DNA from: Alphaproteobacteria bacterium
GTDB lineage: Bacteria > Pseudomonadota > Alphaproteobacteria > JAAXGF01
Direction: 5' to 3'
NCBI GenBank assembly: GCA_963555825.3
Contig: CAUVXB020000001.1
Location: 1-64,000 of the forward strand
DNA length: 64,000 nt
Part shown: in pieces, positions 55,976 through 64,000 of the stretch
Position numbering within the stretch: the first letter of the stretch is position 1
Layout of the letters: each line of letters starts with the position of its first letter
Program-made: the position numbers and the translations under genes
The notes under the pieces: generated by a model
The model's database searches: none
What the model saw: only the letters and a program-made list of their open reading frames with translations
Told to the model about the DNA's origin: nothing

Positions 55976-56735
55976 TCAATCTCGAAGCATAAGTTCACCC
56001 CAGAATGGAATTGCCGAAATTTTTTCCTGGGTAATGCCTGCGTTGGCGCCCTCGGCAACGTCGTCATAATCGAGACCGAGAAGCGGCCAAAACTCCAACA
56101 GTAGAAAATTCCTCAAGTTCGATCCGTAACAAATAATGTCAGATCCGTATACGGATAGAACCGGATTTCCTGCCTCGAGTGAATTCGCCAACAGATAGCG
56201 GTGCCCCGTAATCGGTATCAGCCTGGGTGCCGTTGCGACAAGCCGAGCAACCTTTTTGCGGACACCTGTGACCTCGCCTGGCCGCTCTCCCCAGCTGTCG
56301 AGCCATAAAGAGCTTTCTTCGACGTGGAACAGTAAACCTTCCAACGGCCAGTTCAATGCATCAATGATTGCCTCATCGTTTTTTTTGCCAATCAAAATAA
56401 GACGGTGCATCGCTTTCTTCGCTCAAGTCGTAAAGAGGCTCATCGCTCCAACCGACGCTATACACACCGCGATCGGGTGCGTTGAGGACGGCAAGAAACT
56501 GGCGATAATCTCTCGGAAACTTTAGCTCCCAATGCAGTTCGAGAGCATCAATCCGTGGTTCGCCTAAACCAATCTGCCATTGGGTGCCGGTTCGCCACGA
56601 GCTGCCGCCCACTCCCTCGGCCTTGAACGCGTCGAGTGTTGCGGTCTGATGGATTGCCCATGCTGCTTCGGTCTGATTCTTCAGCCATGGCAGGAAGTCG
56701 TCAAGATTGTCAGGAACTTTCGATAGGGAACTCAT
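55976..56735 (-). pseudogene. SMI1/KNR4-like protein, frameshifted at an A8 run
   Basis: LKFPRDYRQFL, APRLIPITGHRY, NPVLSV..SDII.YG; T8 at 56379-56386, and 7 restores the frame. Confidence 0.78.
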
Positions 56736-56747
56736 CCGGACTATGCG

Positions 56748-57710
56748 CTAATCGCGGTCGAATTGGCCCGAGCGCACCGCGGCGGCGATCAGGTTCCAGA
56801 TCAGCCGCCCGGCGGTCAGCGCGGTGATGCCGTTGACGTCGCGCATCGGCTGGATCTCGACGATGTCCATGCCCATGACGCGGCCCTTGGCGAACAGCCC
56901 GTGGATCAATTGGCGCATCTGCACGTAGCTCACGCCGCCCGGCGCGGGTGCGGCGACCGCCGGCATCTCGGTCGGGTCCATGCCGTCGGCGTCGACCGTC
57001 AGGTAATAGGTGCCGCCGTCGGGGATGCGCTCGAGCACCGCGGCCATGCCGATCTCGTGCAGCTCGTAGGCGGTGATCAGGTCGGAGCCGTAGGCCAGCG
57101 CGTCGCGCACCTCGCCCTCGCGCGCGCTGCCCTGGGCGCGCAGGCCGATCTGCACGATGCGGTCGAACCAGTCGAGCTCGGAGGCGCGCCGGATCGGGCT
57201 CGAATAGCCCTCGCGCGCGCCGTTGACCTCGTCGCGCCAGTCGAGATGCGCGTCGATATGCACCAGGGGGATCGGCCCGTGCTTCTCGAGCGCGCGGAAC
57301 ACCGGGATCGGCACGCCGTGGTCGCCGCCCAGGGTGACCAGCATGGCGCCGGCGTCGAAGACTTTTCGCGCCGCCGCCTCGGCGCGCCGGTAATGCGCCG
57401 ATAGGTCGCGCGCATCGCCCGGCGCATCGCCGATGTCGACGATGCGGATGTCGTCGCGTCCGTCGAACAGCAGGCCGCCGATGTCGAAGTCCCAGCGGTC
57501 GATATTCAACGAGATGCGCGCCGATTCGCGGCGGATCGCGGTCGGCGCGTTGGTCTGGTCGTTGGTCACCTCGTCGATCGTGTAGGGATCGCTATAGGCG
57601 ATGCCCATGATCGCGAGGTCGGCCTCGAGCTGATCGAGATCGGTGACCAGCGGGAAGTTCATGAAGGTCTGCATCTCCTTGCGAGGCGCGACGGTGAGTT
57701 GCTCGGACAT
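56748..57710 (-). CDS. Ureohydrolase (agmatinase/arginase family)
   Basis: GGDHG, DAHLD, DADGMD, PGG, DIVE metal-binding motifs. Confidence 0.93.
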   Translation of the reverse strand: MSEQLTVAPRKEMQTFMNFPLVTDLDQLEADLAIMGIAYSDPYTIDEVTNDQTNAPTAIRRESARISLNIDRWDFDIGGLLFDGRDDIRIVDIGDAPGDARDLSAHYRRAEAAARKVFDAGAMLVTLGGDHGVPIPVFRALEKHGPIPLVHIDAHLDWRDEVNGAREGYSSPIRRASELDWFDRIVQIGLRAQGSAREGEVRDALAYGSDLITAYELHEIGMAAVLERIPDGGTYYLTVDADGMDPTEMPAVAAPAPGGVSYVQMRQLIHGLFAKGRVMGMDIVEIQPMRDVNGITALTAGRLIWNLIAAAVRSGQFDRD

Positions 57711-57813
57711 TCTCGTCTTCTCCAGGACGTAGGGGGGGCGCGGGCGCGACACGAAAGTGCGGATTATAGGTGCCGCGATATGCCTGAACAAGAACACCGG
57801 CCCCGCGCCTTGG

Positions 57814-57889
57814 GGGCGCGTAGCTCAGTCGGCAGAGCATCTGACTTTTAATCAGAGGGTCCCGGGTTCGATCCCCGGCGCGCCCACCA
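57814..57889 (+). tRNA. tRNA-Lys(UUU), copy 2
   Basis: Complete cloverleaf with CCA; 4 differences from copy 1. Confidence 0.95.
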
Positions 57890-58125
57890 CCTAAGTCAAT
57901 CGTATAGGGTTATCGAGCCAGGGAGCCGAGCGCGACGTTTTAAGGGTCATGGTCGAACATCGAACCCGCCAAGCGACTGCGTCCACATAGAACCAGCAAC
58001 CAGGCGCCAAACGTCCGGGGTCGAAGTCGTATCGTGTTCAGGTATGTTTTCTCTTGGAAAGCGGACACAAAAGGTACGAACTCTGAGATTCCGAGACTAG
58101 CCCATTCTGCTGGATTTTTCACAAA

Positions 58126-60619
58126 TCAAAAATTTTTTATACTCGAAATTTTAAGAAAGCGTTCACCCCATATGCCAAAGCAAGCAACAACCAACGTCGA
58201 AAAAACGAAAAATAACAAATTAACTACCCCCTCGCGTTCGTCCTTCATAATTTCATATGTACGAATATCTATTTGATATTCTCTCTCGACCTTATCCATT
58301 ACAACTTGATCAACAAAACCAATTATCACCCTATCGTCACTGTCTCTTGCTTTTGCCATCAAAAATGAATGTAAGCAGCTGTGCGCCATTCTTTACGTCT
58401 ATCTTTGTTGGTTGTGGAGATGAATGAGAAATGGACAAATTCTGCGGGGCAGCAAGGACAATGTTCGCACGATCAACGAAAGTATACGATATTTGTAGAT
58501 CGACGTCGATTGTTGTTGCATCTTGCGTTTCTGGAAGATCCGGCATCATCAGTTCCACCGACCCGGTCAAAGGCCCTTCACGTGGCACTTCGCTGCCATC
58601 CTTTGGCGGCCACGGAAACCGACCAGTGTCGATCGCGAATCCAGGCCCCTCAAATTTCCAAAGTTTCGCATTCGGACGGAGCAGCCCCGTTAAATCCTTG
58701 CGAGGCGAGTCGGGCTGCCCCGGTTGAACGTAGCCATTCCTTCCCATGGCAAACACGGATTGTGGTCTTGGAATGGACAAGAATTCGAAAGTTTTACAAA
58801 TATAGCCAATTTCATGCCGCCAATAACCGTATTCATTATCGTAAATTGCAATCCTAGCTCCAGCATCAATGTCTGCATAACCTGGGAATTCAGACGTTAG
58901 TCTCGGGTGATACGTATCTCGCGTCAACTTTAGAACAAACTCGGCTGCAACTTCAGAGCGATATATTTCCTGACTGCAAGAATTTATCCCTAAGTGTATT
59001 ATTTCGGCGATGTCCCTATCTCTGTTGAAATTCGTGGGGCAGGCGTCGCTGGTTGATGATGCTATGCTGCCTTCATGATGGTTTCAATGGCACTGTCGGC
59101 CTGAGCCTTTCTCAAGTGTTCCTGGAGAGCATTTCGGAGGATGGGCAGCTGACGATAGGCCTTGAGGCGACGGAAGGTTTTCTGGGCCTCCAGCAGGCCG
59201 GCGGCGGTCCATCTGAGCGCCATCTCGGCGTGTCTCCAGCGTTTGACGTTGCGGGTGACCTGGCGCACCGTGCCGAGCGCGTTCTCGACGATGTTGGTGC
59301 AGGCGAGCGAGCGCCGGAGTTCGTGCGGCAGGCCGAGGCGGATGACGGTGAGGATCTCGTCCAGCCCCTCCAGGATGCTGCCCGAGACGCCCGGTTCCTC
59401 ATGCTCCAGACGCCGGGCCAGGTTGCGCAGCAGCCGTTCGGCCTTGTCTGCGTCGTCCTGGTCCCAGGCCTGACGGAGCGCCTTCTTGACGCTCGCATGC
59501 AAATGCAGGGGCAGGCGCTCGATGATGTTACGGCCCTTGTGGACCTGGCAGCGCTGGATGGCGGCGGCCACACCGAAGGTGTTGCGGATCGCTTTGCTGA
59601 GCGCCTTCGCGCCATCGACGATGAACAGCCGGGGCAGCGTCGGATCGAGCCCCCTGGCGAGGAGATTGTCGAGCAAGGCCTGGACGACGACAGTGTTCTC
59701 CGTCGCCCCCTCGACCACGGCCAGGACATGCTTGTCGCCGTTGCCATCGACGCCGATCGCCGCCACCAAGACATGGTCGCCGACATGCAGACCGTCGATC
59801 TGGATGACCAGCAGGTCGAGCTCCGAGAGGTCCGAGGCGAGCCAGGCCTTCATCTTCTTGCGCGACAGCGCCACAAAGCGCCGGGAAACGGCCGACTTCG
59901 AGGTGCCGTCGCCACGCGCTTTCGCCAGGTCGCCCTCGGGCAGACGGACCGCGCGGTGGTACTTGCGGGTCGACACGTTCAGGACCATCAGGTTGAGCGC
60001 CCACTCGAGCAACAGGTTGCCGTCGCGCAGCACCTGCCAGCTCTCCAAACCCACCTCCTTGCCAGCATGGTCGCGAACCCGTGGCCGCTGCACTTTCACG
60101 CGGCCGCCGTGGTAGCCGATCTCGCTCTGCGTATGGCCCCAGCGATAACCCCGACGGTTCCCATGGCGACGATGTCGGGCCCCGCACACGGTCGTGGCGT
60201 CCTCCTCCATCATCTCGGCCAAGGCCTCGACCCCGGCCAGGAGACAGAACCGATCCACGCTGAGACGGACTGCGTCCATCGCGTCTGCCAGCGGCGGCAT
60301 AGGAAACGAGGTGGCAAGGGCTTTCGGGCTACTGGAACTACGGATATTCTTTCCCATGGTGTCGTTCTCCCTCTTGGGTTTGCAGCACCCGGAGCCTAAC
60401 GGCTCCAGGAGAGCGACACCTACCTCAACTTTTCAACATCGACCGGGACATCTCCGTATTATTCTTTTAACCGATATTTCCCAGATAGCATTCGTATCGG
60501 AGCAAATCGTAGGCGAACCCGAACACCGATGGAAGGAATTTCGCTCTGCGGTCATTCGGCAGCCCCGATTTGATGATTTGGCCGTTGTTGGAAGCCCATT
60601 TGGCCAAATTTGTCGTCAT
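58126..60619 (-). pseudogene. AT-rich hypothetical gene(s) interrupted by IS256 and fragmented
   Basis: Frame ...SVKRIIHLGINSC... is continuous across the IS256 site into ORF 58337-58927; adjacent short ORFs in other frames. Confidence 0.45.
59006..60455 (-). mobile_element. IS256-family element; transposase 59062-60357
   Basis: IR GGCGATGTCCC..TGTTGAAA / TTTCAACA..GGGACATCTCC; flanks GTATTATTTC and GTATTATTC; QIDG, IVDG, QRCQVHK, TNIVE. Confidence 0.93.
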
Positions 60620-60703
60620 CCAGACACACCTCTCCTGTCTTTTCCACCTTGCCGTCAATTTCCTCGGCCTACGCCGGGACGGGGCTTCGGCGTAGATCAT
60701 CAA

Positions 60704-60884
60704 CCCGCATTTCCCAAGTATCGTCGATATTCAGTGCGGCGAGAAGGCGATTCTGCTATAAGAATCATGAAGTTGTAGCATACATGGAGCGGCGGATATG
60801 GCACACCCGATGGGTGAATCGAAACCGGGGTGCCTTCGGGTCGTTTTTGACCGTCGATTGAAGCTTGAATTCCACGGTTCCAAG
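60704..60884 (+). mobile_element. IS1380-like left-end stub, truncated by IS21
   Basis: ORF 60798-60884 MAHPMGESKPGCLRVVFDRRLKLEFHGSK recalls IS1380 transposase N-termini; left boundary approximate. Confidence 0.7.
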
Positions 60885-63454
60885 TGAGAACGGCAGAGCA
60901 ATAATCCCCCACTGAAGCGGCCGGTCGATCCGGCTGCGGCGGACCAAAATGGGACCGCGTATAGCCTTCTGTCAGGGTTGCTCTGACTGGAAGGCGGGGG
61001 GGATGTATCGGGTGGAGTTGTACGCACGGGTTCGGCGGGCGTGTCATGTCGAGGGGATGAGCACCCGCGAGGCCTCGCGGGTGTTTGGTGTAGACCGCAA
61101 GACGGTCCGTAAGATGCTGTCGTTCTCGGTGCCGCCAGGGTATCGCCGAAGCGCGCCGCCGAGGCGGCCAAAGCTGGGTCCGTTCACGGGAATCATCGAT
61201 CGGATCTTGGAAGACGATCGGACCAGCCACCGCAAGCAACGGCACACTGCGAAGCGCATCTTCGACCGCCTCCGGGACGAGTACGGTTTCACGGGCGGCT
61301 ACACCATCGTGAAGGACTACGTTCGTGAGCAGGGGCTTCGGTCGCGTGAGGTGTTCGTGCCACTCTCCCATTCCCCCGGTCACGCCCAGGCGGACTTCGG
61401 CGAAGCGATGGCGGTGATCGGCGGCGCGTTACGGAAGATCCACTTCCTTGCCTTCGACCTTCCCCACAGTGATGGTTGCTTTGTTGCGGCCTATCCGGCG
61501 GAGACGACCGAAGCATTCTGCGATGGCCACAACGCGGCGTTTGCCTTCTTCGGCGGCGTCCCCCGATCCATCCTGTACGACAACACCAAGCTGGCGGTTG
61601 CCCGGATCCTGGGCGATGGGAAGCGGCAGCGAACGCGCGTCTTCACGGAGCTTCAGTCCCACTATCTGTTCGAGGACAGGTTCGGCCGGCCGGGCAAGGG
61701 CAACGACAAGGGCAAGGTCGAGGGACTGGTCGGCTTCATCCGGCGGAACTTCCTGGTCCCCGTCCCGCGTGCCGAGAGCTTCGCGGCCCTCAACGATGCT
61801 CTCGCCGAACAGTGCCGCCGGCGCCAGGCGGCGCGGCTGCGGGGCCACAAGGAGACCATCGGCGAGCGTCTCGAGCGGGATCGTCAAGTTCTCTTGCCAT
61901 TGCCGCCTGCTCCCTATGATGCCTGCGATAAGCGCCCTGGACGGGCGAGTTCGCTGTCGCTGGTGCGTTACCGCAGCAACGACTATTCCGTGCCCGTGGC
62001 CTACGGCCACCGTGAGGTGCTCATCCGGGGCTACGTCGATGAGGTGGTGATCAGCTGCGGGGCCGAGGTGATCGCCCGGCACCGCCGGTCCTACGACAGC
62101 GAGGACCTGATCTTCGACCCGCTGCATTACCTGCCCTTGATCGAGCAGAAGATCGGCGCCCTCGACCAGGCCGCGCCATTGGCGGGCTGGGACCTGCCCG
62201 AGGCCTTCATCACTCTGCGGCGGCTCCTCGAAGCTCGTATGGGCAAGGCAGGCAAGCGCGAGTACGTCCAGGTGCTCCGTCTACTGGAGACCTTCCGGCT
62301 CGAGGAGGTCGAGGGTGCGGTCGGCGACGCCCTGCGGCTCGGCGCAATCGGCTTTGATGCGGTGAAGCACCTGGTACTGTGCCGCATCGAGCGGCGGCCG
62401 CCCAGGCTCAACCTCGACGTCTATCCGTATCTGCCGCGCGCCCGGGTCGCGATGACGTCCGCCAAGTCGTACATGAGCCTGCTGTCGGGGCTCGGCGCAT
62501 GACCGACACACCGCAAGTGCTGCTCGCCCACCACCTCAAGACGCTGAAGCTGCCGACCTTCCTGCGCGAGTACGACAAGATCGCCCGGCAGTGCGCCTCG
62601 GAAGGCGTCGATCACGTCCGCTACCTGTTGAGACTCGCCGAGCTCGAGCTGATCGACCGCGAGCGCCGCATGGTCGAGCGGCGCATCAAGGCGGCGCGCT
62701 TCCCCGTGGTCAAGAGCCTCGACAGCTTCGACTTCAAGGTCATCCCCTCGCTCAACAAGGCGCTGGTCCTGGAGCTGGCCCGCTGCGAGTACATCGAGCG
62801 CCGCGAGAACCTCATCGCGCTCGGCAACAGTGGGACCGGCAAGACCCACATCGCCCTCGGTCTCGGCCTGGCGGCCTGCCAGAAGGGCCTCTCGGTCGGC
62901 TTCATCACCGCCGCCGCGCTGGTCCACGAACTCATCGAGGCCCGCGATGACAAGCAGCTGCTGAGGTTCCAGAAGAAGCTCGCCACCTACAAGCTTCTGA
63001 TCGTCGACGAACTCGGCTTCGTGCCGCTGTCGAAGACCGGCGCCGAGCTGTTGTTCGAGGTGTTCAGCCAACGCTACGAGCGGGGCTCGACCCTGGTCAC
63101 CACCAATCTGCCCTTCGACGAATGGACCGAGGTGTTCGGCTCCGAGCGCCTCACCGGCGCGCTCCTCGATCGCCTCACCCACCACGTCAACATCCTCGAG
63201 ATGAACGGTGACAGCTACAGGCTCAACCAGAGCCGCAGGCGTCAAACCCCGACTGCTAACTGAACCGACCACCCAGCCCACGCTTGACCCCGTGGGCCCA
63301 CAGGTCCCTCCCGCGCGCGCCGCCGCGTCAGCCTGTTGAGGGCACGCCGCGTCGCGCGCGGGGCCCTCCCGTGGACTACGGGGACAAGCCCGCAGCCGCC
63401 AAGCGGTCCCTTCTTACACCGCCGAGGTGGTCCCTTTTTGCTCCGCCATTGACA
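60885..63454 (+). mobile_element. IS21-family element, copy 2 (istA 61003-62502, istB 62499-63263)
   Basis: Same sequence and length as 11404-13973; no TSD. Confidence 0.95.
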
Positions 63455-63715
63455 AACTTCCTCAACAACGTCTCGGTGCCTTGGAAGCTGACCTGCGACG
63501 AGCTCATCTACTGTCATCAAGGGACCTTCCGTCTGATGTGCGACGGCGAAGCCTACGTCCTCAATCCGGGCGATATGATGCTCGTTCCCAAGGACAACGA
63601 GATCGCTTACGAGGCCGACGGCAAGTGCGTCATCTTCTACGCGGCAAGCCCCGTCGATCGGAAGCAGCGGGCGGGGATCACCGAAGTGCCGGGCATCGAT
63701 CCAGAGGACATGTGA
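63455..63715 (+). pseudogene. 5'-truncated EutQ-like cupin
   Basis: PWKLTCDELIYCHQG...LNPGDMMLVPK cupin pattern beginning abruptly at the IS end. Confidence 0.7.
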
Positions 63716-63817
63716 TCCGACGTTTCCCCGCCATGCCCTCGACCGACCGTAATCGGCTGCATGTTCGGCGCGCCCGCGCGGAAGAGGGAATTCGTCGATT
63801 GAATTGGCGCGGGCCGG

Positions 63818-64000
63818 CTATCGACCGGTTGGATCGGGCGCGCCTTCCCAAGCTTCGTAGGCGGCGGGAAAGACGTCTTCGACAGGCTCGTTTTCAGGCC
63901 AGTAATCGGCGAACCGAGCCCACGCGCGATCGGTCGAGCGGCGCACTTCGGCGAGCAGCCTTTCCTCATCCCAAACCGTGAGGCGCCCGTCTTCGACCAG
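63818..64000 (-). CDS. C-terminus of a probable metal-dependent amidohydrolase (runs off window)
   Basis: Manual translation LVEDGRLTVWDEERLLAEVRR...PTGR-stop. Confidence 0.55.
   Translation of the reverse strand: MVEDGRLTVWDEERLLAEVRRSTDRAWARFADYWPENEPVEDVFPAAYEAWEGAPDPTGR

Noticed and set aside
60830-60844. CCTTCGGGTCG match to the MITE linker
   Set aside because: Short match inside the IS1380-like coding stub, with no flanking hairpins

Overview
GC-rich alphaproteobacterial chromosome segment (Rhodospirillales-like gene order; lineage is inference). Core blocks: hppA, bamE, cbp3-like, yceD-rpmF-plsX-fabH-ihfA-MerR-tRNA-Pro; an aldehyde oxidoreductase cluster (Fe-S subunit, AOR, MoaD-like) with CoxG and a group-3 Mrp Na+/H+ antiporter operon; csp-DUF192; uvrA, ssb, gyrA-coaD-queA-tgt; two tRNA-Lys(UUU). 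These are interleaved with decaying accessory regions holding 8 full-length IS (3 IS630, 2 IS21, IS1182/IS5-like, IS3/IS481-like with a 14-bp target duplication, IS256), IS1595 and IS1380 stubs and several pseudogenes. The most unusual signal is non-coding: three ~260-270 bp elements with unrelated terminal inverted repeats share one double-hairpin core and an 18-bp linker. One sits in the hairpin loop of another, and end fragments overlap the ssb and tgt stop codons. Also noted: a cyclase gene bracketed by ~290-bp inverted repeats, an orphan DGR-VR-like FGE/CLec 3' end, and a membrane-anchored NB-ARC-TPR gene between duplicated tRNA-Lys genes. All calls come from reading the sequence by eye; no searches were run.
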